Assembly (NCBI GenBank): GCA_001642005.1 | Contig: LWCA01000047.1 | Coordinates: 1 to 64,000 of the forward strand | Origin: Intoshia linei | Taxonomy: Eukaryota > Animalia > Orthonectida | Reading direction: 5' to 3' | DNA: 64,000 nucleotides | Shown here: positions 1-13,900 of the stretch, one piece after another | Layout: the number at the start of each line of letters is the position of its first letter | Position numbering within the stretch: position 1 is the stretch's first letter | Translations under genes and position numbers: made by a program | Notes under the pieces: generated by a model | What the model was told of the DNA's origin: nothing | What the model saw: the letters and a program-made list of their open reading frames with translations, nothing else | Databases searched by the model: none

Positions 1-295
1 ATAAAATATAATGCAACTAAAATAGTTTGACACTGTATAATAAAATATTAACAAATTTTTATTATTATTTGCAATTTTAGAAAAATAGAAACGCGTTTGT
101 CACCAGAAAAATGATGTATTTAACCTATAGCTTGACTTTTATGTACTTCGAACAAACCGCATCCTAGTATATTAATTATAACCACATGAAAGTTTTTAAA
201 AATGATTATGATATTGTTATCAATCTTCAATTAATTGCAATTAAATTGGTTGCAATCAATTAATTCCAATCCCTGTGATTAACTGTATTTAATAG

Positions 296-3200
296 GATCA
301 TTGGAATTATGAACCATTTAATGCTACTATACATGATGATAAAATGTATGCTCGAGGAATTCAAGTATTCTCAATTTTATATTTACATTTATTTTATTAA
401 TTTATTTGCATCATACTCATTGTAATGTAGGATATGAAATCAGTGGGAATACAGTATTTTTATTATTATTATACAGTATACATTATGTAGTTATTAAATT
501 TAATATACCTAATATTTATTATTAATATATAAAAACTTATAAAGATATCTCGAAGCAATAAGAATGATCAAGCCAAATTTAAAAGGAAATTACAGAACAG
601 TTCATGTTTCATTTGTTCCTGGTAATTATTTAATTATTATACATTTAAATGTAAGAGATATTGATATTTTTGATCAAGTTAAAACATATTCAGAAGATTA
701 AAGATTAAAAATACAGATTTATTATTATTTACATACTTTCATTCTTTATATTTTACTAATTCGTCAGTTACATATTACACATATATGTATTAATTAAATA
801 ATGATATATATAGTTATGTATTAATGATTAATTTAATTATTTATTTAATTAATTATTGGAGTTAATAATTAAATTTTCATAAAACAATTATATACTTATA
901 CAAATTGTATTAAAATTACAAATTAAGATGAAGAAATTGGAGGAAAGGATGGAATGGCAATATTTTCCAAATCAAATGATTTTAAAAAATTAAATGTTGG
1001 GATTGGGTTTGATGAAGGTATTTTATTTGATTATTGTATTTATGTGGATCTACAATGTAGATTCTATATTAATTTAAATTTAAAAGAAAATTTAAAATGT
1101 TGTAATTAATAAATTTCACTTATAGGGATTGCAAGTGAAAACGATATTTATCATGTTTATTATGCGGAAAGATTAGTAAAATGTATGATATATAATTAAT
1201 ACTATTATACAACGAATATTTGTATATCAGGTGACAAACTTGATATCGACAATTTCTTAATTTCCGCCCGTATCGACTCGTGGATCGATCGGAACATACT
1301 ACGGGCTTACCATACCCATTGCGGGGTTCTACATTATACTACCGTGTACTCGGTTTTAAAATAACATATTTAGACCCTTTGAAGTGATGAAATGTTTCTG
1401 TTCGTCTTGTTGACAAAGATTATTTGTATTTTGTCGCAAGACTTGAGCACTATTCATCATAATTTATAATAATTATGTACATTTTGCCCTATCGGGCAGC
1501 TGAATTACTCTAATACTTTCAGAGATATTATATATTTATAAATACGTTATATTTTTAGGGATTGATATAAAAATAGAAGGAAATCAAGGGCATGGCTCTA
1601 AATTTATTAAATTTACCGCAGTATCAAAATTAGTAATTTAAACATTTTACATCAATTTAAACAAATTCCATTTCAGTCAAATTTAATGATTGATATGCTA
1701 AAATTTCGAACAGAACAGGAAGAAAAGTAGATGATCACTGTATATCAGGTTTTCTCAACGGGCTCTATTTCGCCGCAAAAAAAGGGGGGAGGGTAAAACT
1801 TTTTTGAGCGAAGGTATAAAAATTATAAAACAGAGCTTGAGACTTGTTATAGAAGCCAAAACTCAACTATAAAATTTTAGAAAATTATTCTCTAGTGTGT
1901 TTTCAAAAAATTGTTACTCAGTGCCTCCATTTGAAACCAATGCTATATTTTTTACCTATATGAAAGAAAATTAATTACGTTTTTCATCAATTTTTCAATG
2001 AAATAAAGAAGGTTCATTGAACAAAACTTGTAGATTTCAATGATATGTAAGTGAACCTTGTTTGCTCACGGAATCTATTTTTTTTATGATTTTTTTCTTA
2101 TAAACGTGTAAATTTAATTTTTTAGGTTATATGAAAAATTTTTTACTGTGTTAAAATATGTCAACTGTGTATTTTTAACACAAAAACACATTTTTTGTAC
2201 ACTGTACCAAAAATGGTCAATCAATTATAAATTCAATCCTTTCGTGGCTATCATCTTTTTTTTAAATATACTGTTATATTAGGATTTTTTCTTTGTTTTT
2301 TTAAGTTTTGACGATGTAAACCAGTTGTAGAAGAATTTTTATAATTTATCATTTTACCCCAAATAGAATATTTTGCCTTTTATTTTTCTCACTTAAAATG
2401 GTCCTATAAATTTTCGTAGAACATAGCGGTTATCTGAAAGAGAAACAATCTAATACCAAATTAATAAATTAAATCATACAACTGAATTGAATTACCGTAA
2501 AATTTAATGTTGTTTTTTTATTGTAATAATTGAAATTATTTTGTTTTTACATGGTTAAATTTATTAGCAAAAATTAAAAATTATCATTCTTTGAAGATTT
2601 TATTTTTGCATTCACATAACAAACTATATTTTTGAAAATTTTTAAATACAATTTTAAATTTGAGAATATTTAAATTTCTCGATAATTCTCGAGAGCAAGC
2701 ACTATATCAGGGGTGTCAATTGTGCGACCCGCGTTATAATATACATTTTTATTTTTATTAAAATATTTTTTACACTGTATATCTTTTTTTACATATTCCT
2801 CCTGATTTATTTATTAGTAATTATTTACGTACTTTGCTATTTTTATTAATTAATTAAAACTTCTAGTTTTATAATTGTTTGAGTATATATTTTTTTGTTA
2901 TGTGGCCCGCGAGGGAATTGAGGGATTGAAAAAACCATTTTATGTCTAGGTGAACATGGAGAGAAAAAAGTTGAGAACGCCTGATGTATATAATTCCATA
3001 TGCAAGTACAAATAAATTATAATTTAATTAATTATTAGAGTAATATACATGTAATTATGTAATTACTAATTATACACAAATTGTATTATAATATTGAATT
3101 GACAATATATTATTAGTATACATTGTATAATAACACAATCGTGGAATTTTTAAAAACTAAATAAATATTTACTTTTTACTGGCCTGATTAGACTGGTTTC

Positions 3201-5479
3201 AGAACATTTATCAATTGGTGAAGTAACAACATTGAATATTACCAAGATTAATGTAATATTTTAAATTATAATTTGATCATTTCAACATGTTTCCACAAAC
3301 ATTATTTGAATTTAATCAAAATTAGACAGCGGACGATACACATTATTCCCATCTAATGTAAAGTCAGACTTGGACTTAGTGAACACCACGTTTAGGGAAC
3401 ATCAGCCCAATGTGAACATTAAAATATATTTATTTACTAAAATGTCAACTTCTATCGAATTATATTTTAACGTTCATATAAAACTATACATATATATGTA
3501 TTATGAACACCTCAAAAAGTTACTATTCATGATATACAAGTTTGATTGTATTATCATCACTATTATTTATTGTATTGTATAATTTGACTAAAGAATTGAC
3601 AGGGGAATGCGAAAATTTTGGGATCCACTGATAATATTTAATGTTATTGCTACACTGCAATGTAACAGTGCATGGTTAAATAACTATTTTTAGGGAGGGA
3701 TCCAAACAAATGTAATACCATCTTGTTTTCAGATGAGTAATAACTATAAAATGAATATTAATTTTTTTTTTATTAGGTGTTGATATTCGTGTAACACCGG
3801 ATGATGATGATAAAATTGATACTTTGATAAAGAAGTGGGAGAATAAATATTCACAAACCAAATTCAAATATGTGGTGATTATCTATCATATATATAATTA
3901 TTCACCTGTACATTAGAGTGTTTTTTTGAATTTCAAAAACTATTTTTGCATACCATCTACATTTTGTATAAGTAGGAGCATACCACAAAGAAATTTTCAA
4001 AATATAAAAATTTCCCTGCCCCGGTCAGGGTAAAATTTCTTTTTTTTCATAATCTGATTTTTTTGTTTTCAAATGTATTTTTTTATGATAACCTGTATTA
4101 GTTCTTGCTTAGAATCTTCATTTACTGTATTAAAATTTTAGTAGTTTTCAATTTATGCCTATTAGGGCTGTTCGTTTTTTACTAAAAATGATTTTTATTG
4201 AAAACAACCTATACCACGCTGAAGAGGGTACTTAAAAACCCCTAGAAAATATATTTTTAGAAAAAATTATCGTTAAAACATTTAGCCTTTTTTCTTTTTA
4301 CGGTTTTCGCGTGCAATTTGTATATTTCTTAATTAACATCAAAATTAATTTTTTTAATTGGATATGGTTAATATAGAACCCATTAATACATATACAGTCA
4401 AGCACCGTTAGTAGAGAATAAAAATAAACTAGTCTTTATCTACTAGCTAAAAATTATATACCGTTAGTAGAAATTTTTTTTTTTTTTAGTCTAACGGATT
4501 TTGGTATACTATACTAACATGTTACATTTTATTAAAAATATACAATTTTAAATTTCTGATTAATTATTGAAATTAATGACTATTATCTACATTTTATTTA
4601 TAAATTCTGAAGAACCTATTTCAATGTACAATTTACTAAGGATTGGTTTAGCAACCCATAGTTTTTGCTATATGATCAGTGATCATATATTTACGTTTTT
4701 ATATTATGATAGTTTGTATAACAGAATTTTTAAATTGTATTATTTCATTGATTCTACGATTATTAAAATTAAGAGGGGTTACATGGTGTGCGTTTTAAAT
4801 GAGTTAATTATTTTTTTTATTATAATAAAGTAATAATAATTATTATACAAAAATATTTCATTTAATTTTTAAATAGACTTCTGGGACATCCAAATGCACA
4901 AATTTAAAAGAAGGAAGTTTAACTAGCATGTTTATATCCGTTTTAAAAAAAAGGTGATTTATTTAATATTTAATGATACATATGAGAAGTGTAATTATAA
5001 TTAAATATGTATAATCATGACTACTGGGTTCGAGAAAAATAAAGATAGAATTTATTATCTTATTATAATTATAATAGATTTGTCGTTTTAATATATTTCC
5101 GTGTTCTGATTATCCGAGAATCAGAAATTCTGATTTGTTTTGTTCTATGATAAAGCTGTTATTATGTAGAGTTATATAAATATTAAATTTAATTAAATTG
5201 AAAATTTTAATTAGAAATATGAAATACAGTGAATTGATATTCACTGGAGCAACAGACGCTAGATTCCTAAGAGAGGTTAATTTTAAGAGATTATTATTAA
5301 TATAATAATGATTATTTTTATTTAAAACTTAGATGAATATTCCAGTTATTGGATTTTCTCCAATGATAAATACACCAGTTCTATTGCACGATAACGATGA
5401 AAATTTGAACTTGAATGTTTTTAAAAGTGGAATTGATATTTATGCCGATATTATAAAATCTCTAATTCAAATATCTTAA
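296..5479 (+). CDS. ACY1: Aminoacylase-1 (M20A peptidase), copy A; multi-exon, 5' exons lie before the window
   Basis: GT-AG exons join in frame: 296-364 (DHWNYEPF..YARGIQ), 431-453 (DMKSVGIQ), 545-621 (YLEAIR..HVSFVP), 928-1017 (DEEIGG..GFDEG), 1126-1182, 1559-1632 (GNQGHGS), 1677-1726, 3192-3252, 3694-3736 (GGIQTNVIP), 3777-3874 (DIRVTP), 4877-~4953, 5215-5275 (GATDARFLRE), 5333-5479 (GFSPMINTPVLLHDNDE..stop). The metal-binding and catalytic motifs seen here are intact. AATAAA at ~5505. Confidence 0.93.
1746..2983. mobile_element. hAT-type MITE
   Basis: TIRs caggttttctcaac / gttgagaacgcctg. 8-bp TSD ctgtatat/atgtatat. Confidence 0.75.
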
Positions 5480-6028
5480 TTATGAAAACTTAATACAATG
5501 TAGTAATAAATATTAATCAAATTTGGTATTTTAAAATTGATTAATTTAAAAAGTAATCCAATCAACTTTGACCAAATATTTATATTTTGTTTTTTCAATT
5601 ACATTATTTTAAACATTTAAACTATTTTCTTATAAATATACATATTAATATATACATATAAAATATATCTTATAATATGTAATAGTTTTCAGACATAATG
5701 AAAGCTAATGCTTCATTAACAGACGACTGTCATAGAAAATTTGCAAATTTATGTATCATTTATTATTTACTATATTACGATTGTAATACATTTTAATTAA
5801 TTTGAAATAAAATGTTTGATTACGAAATTTCAATCGATAAATTTTCAACTTAGTTGAAAATAAGGACGGAACCACCGAAACCTAATTATAGTTATTAAAA
5901 ACATTTAAAAATTTTTAATTTCAATATACAGAGGCAGCAATTGAATTTCTAAAGAATTATGCAAATGAATTGGATCTACACGTTAATGTGTACGATGTAT
6001 TAACTCATTGTAGTCTTTTACATAATAA

Positions 6029-6642
6029 CTAGCTTGCCAGTTTTTTACTACGTACAAACAGCACCTAGCTCTGCAGAGGGCACTCTTTTATTATACCAAA
6101 AAAATAAATTCATGTTAAAAATCTAACTTAAAAATCCTACTATTCACTATTATTAATCCTTTAAAGGAGTGGTTCCCAAATTTGTTTCAGGTGGAACCAT
6201 CATATCACATTACTTTTTACTTTAAAGTGAATTATTCCATCTTAATTTTGTTTTGTTAACTTTTGCGTAAAGAATTTTAAAAACAATTATTATCCCATTT
6301 TTTTAATTTATTAGACAGAATTTGTGTATAATTTGGTGTTTTGGCCCAAAAATATAATTTTTTTATATTTAAATTTATGATAATGTTTATGATTTTAAAA
6401 TCCGCATCAGCGTATATATTTTTTTAAATTCTCCAACTCGTTTGATTTTCAAAAAGAGGGACAACAGGGGTTTTTGACCCTTAAGATGTGAAATTTGAAG
6501 GTTGAAATATATCTTAATATACGTCCCGGAAAAAACTGTTATTGCAATGTGGTCTTTAAAAAATTCTAAGAGTGCTAGTTATTTCAATAAAGTAGGACAC
6601 ACACACCAACAAAAATCGCGTCGCATATTATATAAGTTAGGA
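6029..6642 (-). mobile_element. Non-autonomous Helitron (family H), copy with both termini
   Basis: The minus strand begins TC(CTAACTTATATAAT) and ends with a degenerate hairpin then CTAG. Inserted between A and T with no TSD. Shares internal blocks with the copies at 12128, 17914, 38536, 49413, 53711 and ~59160. Confidence 0.75.
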
Positions 6643-7798
6643 TGACTACTTTTTACTGTTACTTGATGAATAAATATAAATATTGTATAATTTTATATAG
6701 CTACAAAATAAAAAACCAACTTTGATAATGACGTTAATAGGAAATAACAATGAAAAATCGATATTATTAAATTCTCACATGGATGTAGTACCTGTAGAAG
6801 ATGTAATGATAATAAAAATACCAATTTAATCAAAATAATACCGTATTAAATACTTGTTGATTGTTTCATTATAAAAATTATAATTCTTTAAATTGCGCCA
6901 TTTAAAAAAACATCTGAAACAGGTAATAGTGTATAATTCACATTGTAACATGGCTGATTTAAAATTCGGTATTTTAAAAAAAGTTATTTATGTAAAATTT
7001 TCAGAAATAAAATTTTAGAAATATTAGACATATCCTCCTTTTGAAGCCAAAGTAGTAAATAATATAATGTATGCAAGAGGAATACAAGTTTTTCTAAAAA
7101 TTAATTGATCTTAAAATTTATTTAGGACATGAAATCTATCGAATTACAGTAATATTTAAACAGATTTTATAATTTTAGTATTTCCATTCTTGTTATAGCC
7201 GTGAATAAAAAAATTACAAATTAAATTAATTAAAATTCATAAAAAATGGTATTTCAGATTGAAAAATAATTGTTTGACGAACGGAGACGTGATTACGTTA
7301 AACATTACCCAAATAAATGTAATTTAATTTAATTAATTAAAATATTATTATTAGCAATATTAATTATTAAAATGTTAACAGTATTATAATACTGTCACTT
7401 TAATTATTTTATTGAATTTTGTATGTGTGTTAACTGGATATTACTGTATCAGCTGTAATTTTTTTAAAAATTCTAGAATTATTTTCATTTTTAAAAAAAA
7501 GTAATCTGAGGTTTTAATCGTGAAAATTCACTTTTTTCAGTTAGGCAGTTATGGTAATATTTATAATTTTAAAAACTATCCCACAATGTATGTTGTATAA
7601 CATTCTAGGACTTTTTTTATTGATTTACACCCGTGTAACTTTGTGATTTGTTTTTTGAAATTTTTTTGACATTAATGATAAATTTACAATTTAGTATAAA
7701 ATATTTAGATATTTCTGAAACTAAAAAATATAAATAAAAATTTAAGCCGGACTTTTTATCATTATATTAAAAAATAAAATTATAGATGTGATTTATAG

Positions 7799-8362
7799 CA
7801 GGCATTCTCAACCCTTTTTCGCTGTGGACCCCCAAAAAAAATTAATAATAATTACAATTTTTAATAAATCATTACATTTGGGTAAAACGAATGATGGTAA
7901 AATGAGATGGAGTACTCTAGTTTTTCGAGATGATAAAGTTGATTAATATTAAACAAATGTTTACATTTTAATACTAACATTATATTATATTTAATTAATG
8001 AGATCGTTGGCATTGACTTTTTTTACAAGTAGTTATATATCAGGTTATAAATTTGATAAAGCTAGCCTTATATCTGCTCCTTCTTTCTATTCTATTTCTA
8101 TTTAATCTATTTTCTATTTTCTATTTAATTTATATTTAATCTATTCCTTCTTTTTGATAATAAAACTACGTAACTAAATTCACATTCAACTAAATACGTT
8201 GATGGGAAGACAATAAAATAAAATCGTGCAACTTTCCATAGTTCCGGATAATTTTGTGGAAAGTTATATCAAATAAATCAGTTAAATATATAATATGTAA
8301 TACATGTATATAATTTTCATGGACCCCTAAAAAAGTGCTGTGGACCCCGTTGAGAATGGCTG
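7799..8362. mobile_element. hAT-type MITE
   Basis: TIRs caggcattctcaac / gttgagaatggctg. Perfect 8-bp TSD atttatag. Subterminal tggacccc repeats. Confidence 0.85.
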
Positions 8363-8953
8363 ATTTATAGGATATTACTCATACTACACGGCCATGTATT
8401 TTATCAATTTCTAAAATTCGACTAAAAAGTTAACGCTCTAGTAAACATATCGTTAAATTTTTACCTGTAATTTTAAAAAAAATTTCTTATTAATAATAAT
8501 ATAATAAAAATAATTATTAATAATAAGTTATTATACTACGTTTTTTCGACACTGATGTAGAATAAATAAATTGTATTAATATGCCTTGTTTTTCGAATTT
8601 TTTTTATTTTAATGTTTTTGATAATTTTTTAACAGCATTTTTGGAAATATTTAACTTAAGCTTAAAAAAATCTAATTACCGGTAATAAGAATGTCGGTAA
8701 AATTGAAACACTGATGGATTCGCAAAGTAGAACAATGAAGATGCCGACATAATCCGATTTTTTCTACCCGCATTCAACTTAAAGAATAAATTTTTGTTAA
8801 AATTGGTATTATAAATGATTCATGAATCATGACAAGTATCTTCTTGAATGATAAGCATATTAATTACAATTTTTTGAAATATTAAATCGGTTCGCCCGTA
8901 CCTGTCCGTGGGCGGTAATTATGGTCAATTTTAATGGCTATGAAACTAAGGTA

Positions 8954-9138
8954 TAGTAAAACCTCACTTAACGAACTCTCGCTTTAACAAACAAATCAAA
9001 ATAAATACAATTAAATAAGAAAATGCCAGAAAATTAATTTCTCAAATAAAGTTAAATAAAGTAGGTAATGTAAATAAGACTCTCGCTTAACGAACAAAAA
9101 CTTGGAACGAATTAGTTCATTAAACTGAGGTATTACTG
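8954..9138. mobile_element. Tc1/mariner(pogo)-like MITE
   Basis: Imperfect ~24-bp TIRs (tagtaaaacctcacttaacgaact / agttcattaaactgaggtattactg) flanked by TA. Confidence 0.6.
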
Positions 9139-10966
9139 TATATATTATTTGCATAACCTTTGCATTTCAATATTCATAGACAATGTAGTAACATTGTAGT
9201 TCAAAGGTTTTAGTATGCAGCTAATATTAATATATAGTTGTTGATATAATGACTACTCCATCAGAAAATGAAAATGTAGAAAGGTTAATAGAAAAGTGAA
9301 AAATTTATATTCTCAAGTGAATATGACAATTAAAGTAATTAACTTAAATTTAACCTCACAATTATTATCGTTAAAATTTTAATATAGTCAGTGAATAGGT
9401 TTTTATATACTAATACTATATTATTAATTATTATCTGATTTGAATTCTTAATTAATATACTATTACTGTTAAAAAAATTATTTTAGAGGTCTGGTACAAC
9501 AAAATATACTAATCTAAACGGAACAAATTTATCTCAAAATTTTTGTCTGTATTTGATGAAAAGTAATGTTATAGTTATTTTATGGATATATTCAAATTTA
9601 TTTAAATAAATACAATAATTTATAGTAATACACGTCGTATAGATTTATATAATTATTGTCGTATGCCGAAACAGTAATCAATAAACAGCCAATACAAATA
9701 TTTATAAACCACGCTCCTCAAATTTTTAGACATGCGATCCTCGGTTTTATAAATTTATTTTTAAGGACCCTGTAAAAATATAATGAAAGGTTATTATACA
9801 ATTACATAATGTGTAAGAATAATACAAGAATTAAATATTTTATCGATATTTTTTCACCTACTCCTTATGATATTTTATTATCATTATTATGCGAATAAAA
9901 ATCCAATTAAAATAATTATTTATAATCAGATCAAATTACCTTCCCTGCCCCATCAAAATTTGGTATGCCCGACTAAATTTCCACTGTCACACCAAAAATG
10001 TTCCAATCGTTACATTGCTCACCGAGATGAATCTTTCGAGAAAAACTGTTCTAAAATATATAATGATTTTTAGAAAAATAAAATATAAGAAACTAATATT
10101 TACGGGAGCCACCGATGCAAGATTTTTGAGATAAGTATAATATATATATATATTATTTTCTCTCTGCTTCGACAATTTTGGTACTTGACATAGTTTTAGC
10201 ATATACGAGAATTTGACTAAATAGAGAAATGAAACCAAATAAACCACAAATAATGCCATTAATTTTACATACATTGTCGTCCTGTAACTAACTAACTTAG
10301 AAACTAAACTTTTCCGAAAAATTTATGGAGATTGAAGGATGGTAAATTGTAGACAGAATATATTATATTTTTTTATGTTTATTTATAAATTTTAAGATGG
10401 ATATTCCAGTGATTGGTTTTTCTCCAATGATAAATACACCGGTTTTGCTACATGATAACATTAAATGCTTGAATTTAGATGTGTATAAGAATGGTATCAA
10501 TATATATGCTAATATTTTAAAATCTCTAACATTAATCAATGAATTTTGAAGTTAGCGGCGATATGAGTTAATTCAATGTTTTTATTATTAAACATTTTTT
10601 TGTGTGTACTATTATAATTATAAATTCAATATACATTGATTTAATATATTCTATTAATATGATAACTTAAAGGTCCATATTTACCATTTTTCAGAATTTG
10701 ATGTTTTTGACATGCTCTAATACTTAAAAATAATAATTCCCAGATAATATAAATATATAATTGCATATGCAGTTCATGAATGTGAGAGTGTTAATAATTA
10801 TACTTTGTAAAAGTTTTATTTGAAATTTATTAAAATCAATATTAATCATATTTATATTCATGTTTAATTGAATAATTACGCATATGTGATATATGCATTT
10901 GATTTTGTTGAGAATTGGATTGAGTGGAATGGACAATATTTGAAGGCAAATTATTCAACTCTAACT

Positions 10967-13900
10967 CTAATTAAAAGTATTTTTTTTGTGGATTTGATAT
11001 TGTTGATTTTTTAAATTATTATTTTCATTTTCATACATGTGATTGTTTTTCATGTTTTGATTTGGAGTTGTTGAATATTTATATTTGGATATGTTGTATT
11101 TATACGTAAAGTATTGATTATTTATTTTTTTTTCAATTCCGCTTTTTATTTTTGAAATATTCAAATCACAAACATTTTCAATTTTTTTAGGAATACCCTT
11201 AATCTTTTCTACGGGTGATTGACGTTTTTGTTTCATTCTTCTATTCTAGATTGATAAGTCAAATTAAAATAATAATACATTTTGTAATGTATACACCAGA
11301 ATTTCCGACATTTTTTTAAAGACATTTATTTACATTTGTGTTAGTTTTTAATTGATAAATCAGCATGTAATCTTAAAATAATCAAAAATAAACGTACTAT
11401 TAAAAACACATTTTTTAAAATTTTTTCTTTATTAATGTTTTTTACCGTATGAAAATTCAAATAAATTAAATTATGAGTCTTATTGGTAATTAATAAAAAT
11501 AATAATCATAAATTACTTGAAACCAAACTTTAACTTGTCGTTCTGTTAGTCGTAATGATGAGGCTATTTCAATGCGCCGTGGGCGGCAAAGGTATTTATT
11601 GTAGTGAAATTCTTTTTCCAATTCAACTAATTGAACATTTGTATAAGCTGTGCGTTGTCGTTTACTTATATCATTGAGTGATTTGTAAAAATCTATATAA
11701 TATACAATTGTAATACAAAAAATATCTATAATTTTGCATATACATAAATATATGTCATAAATATATAATCAAACAAATTTAAAGTAAAAAATCAAAGTTC
11801 CTTTATATAATAATATTAATAACAGAATAGAGTACTCGTTGTAATATATCACATCCTCCAAAATTTGGACAATTTTTAGTTGAAACGGTTAATAATATTC
11901 AAAATGTATATAGTATATATAAAATATATAATATAGTGTATATATTAACTGTATATTATCGAGGAATAAGTTTAATATATTAGTATAATAAGTTTGATCA
12001 ACCCTGGACTACAATTATACTATGATATATGATTATAATTATATATTATAATGATTATTAATACCTTCTGGTGTCTCGTTTTTGTTAATGCATGGCTGTT
12101 GATCTAAATGTAATACATTATAATGTACGAGGTTGACTGTTATGTACTACATACAAACAGTACCTACCTCTGCCGAGGGCACATTTTTATTATACCAAAA
12201 AAATAAATTCACGTTGAAAATCTAATTTAAAAATCCTAATATTAACTATTATCAATCCTTTCAACAAGTGGTTCCCAAATTTGTTTCAGGTGGAACCATC
12301 ATATCACATCACTTTTTACTTTAAACTCAATTATTCCATCTTAATTTTTTGTCTGTTAACATTTGCGTGTAGAATTTTAAAAACAATTGTTATCCCATTT
12401 TTTTAATTTATTAGACAGAATGTGTGTATAATATTAAAAATAAAGTAAAAACAGTCCAATCCTAAAAATTGTCATAAATAGCATAAATTCCAAAAAAATA
12501 AAATTAGTCCAATACTAAAAATTGTCATAAAGGTGTGAGTTTTGGAAATTGAAATTTATATTATTATATGTAAAAATTGTCATAAATTCCAGAAATAATA
12601 TAATTATAAAAACATATTTTGTGATTTTCAATGTGATGATATATATTCAGTACCAATTTAATAAATACATAAAAATACCAATTATGTATCAATAATTAAC
12701 GGAATCTTCACTTTACAAATAAATTTCAAGCGAATTTTACCAATATTGCAAAGGATTGTAATAAATATAAAAATGATAATAACAAAGTTGTATTACTTTT
12801 AGTTTTGTTGTAGTTTAAATTTGAAACAAAATGTTTTGAAAATGAGAAATGGAAATTTAAAGATTGCATAGCAATGAAAAAAACCGCGAAGGAATGAATT
12901 ATATAGATTTTCACTTATATTTCTTTATTGGAAATGTGTAGACGTTCAATGCACATTTTTTTTGAAATTGTAGATTTACATTTTCATTTTTGATTTTTAA
13001 TTGATTTATTGAAAAATATTGATTGATAATATATTAAAAATTATTTTTCACCTGAAGATTTATGATAATGTTTATGATTTTAAAACCTATCCCATAAGTT
13101 ATGTTGCATACAATTTAGGACTAGGAATTTTATCATTTTTATTAAAAAGGGTCATTTGTGGTTTTGGCCGTGAGAATATAAGATTTAGAAATTGAAATCT
13201 ATCATAATAGTTATGATTTAAAAATCTTTATTATAATGTGTATTTTTTAGAATTCTGGGACTCTTTTGAATTTTAAAAAAAGGATAAATGGGGTTATAGA
13301 CCTTGAAGGACTCAATTTCTGAAAATCAAATTTAAGATAAAACATCACCCTCGAAAACCTGCATTAGAAATGGCTATTCTTAAAACTTTACTTCTCTTAC
13401 TTTCATAAATAAACTGGAACAAACAAATAAATAAACAGACATACATTTTTAACTAAATTACTTTATAAGTAAAAATTAACCGTTATATATTTAAAATTTT
13501 TTTTATTATTGAATGTTAACCCTAGTATAACATAATCTGTTCATTATTTTTTCAGAGAGCCGTGCATTTATGGATTATTAAACTAATTAACATGAACAAA
13601 TTGTACCGTCGATATATTATATACAAAGTCGTATTATTAAAAACATTTTAACGAAAAATTGAATGAGGTCCATGTATATTTAAAACTTAAGTTAGGATTC
13701 CTAACTTATATAAACTCTTGGTTTGTTTTTCTGTCTGTCAGTGTGTTATCTTTTAGTTTAATAACTAAGATTTCTAGAGTATTAAAAAAACACAAATTCC
13801 ATTTCAGATTTTCCGAAGGAGAAAGTAAGATAAATTTTAATCTTCCCTGTCAAAAACTCTAATTATCCTTTTTTTAAAAACAAACGAGTCCTAGAACTAA

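Larger units (their letters stand above)
5723..10549 (+). pseudogene. ACY1: Aminoacylase-1 tandem duplicate, pseudogene (copy B)
   Basis: Exons: ~5723-5752 (VIENLQIY), 5854-5890 (LKIRTEPPKPNY), 5932-5996, 6701-6802 (LLNSHMDVVP), 7019-7087 (TAG at 7025 where copy A has W), 7126-7148 (DMKS), 7258-7318, 9238-~9334 (TGA at 9297 where copy A has W), 9487-~9561, 10074-10134 (GATDARFLR then TAA), 10397-10549. Five central exons, including DEEIGG, are absent. No clear in-frame ATG. Confidence 0.85.

Noticed and set aside
7025-10134. Stop-codon reassignment or readthrough suggested by TAG and TGA at Trp positions in ACY1 copy B
   Set aside because: All three stop types occur alongside exon loss, and neighbouring genes use TGG for Trp and normal stops. 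This is pseudogenisation.
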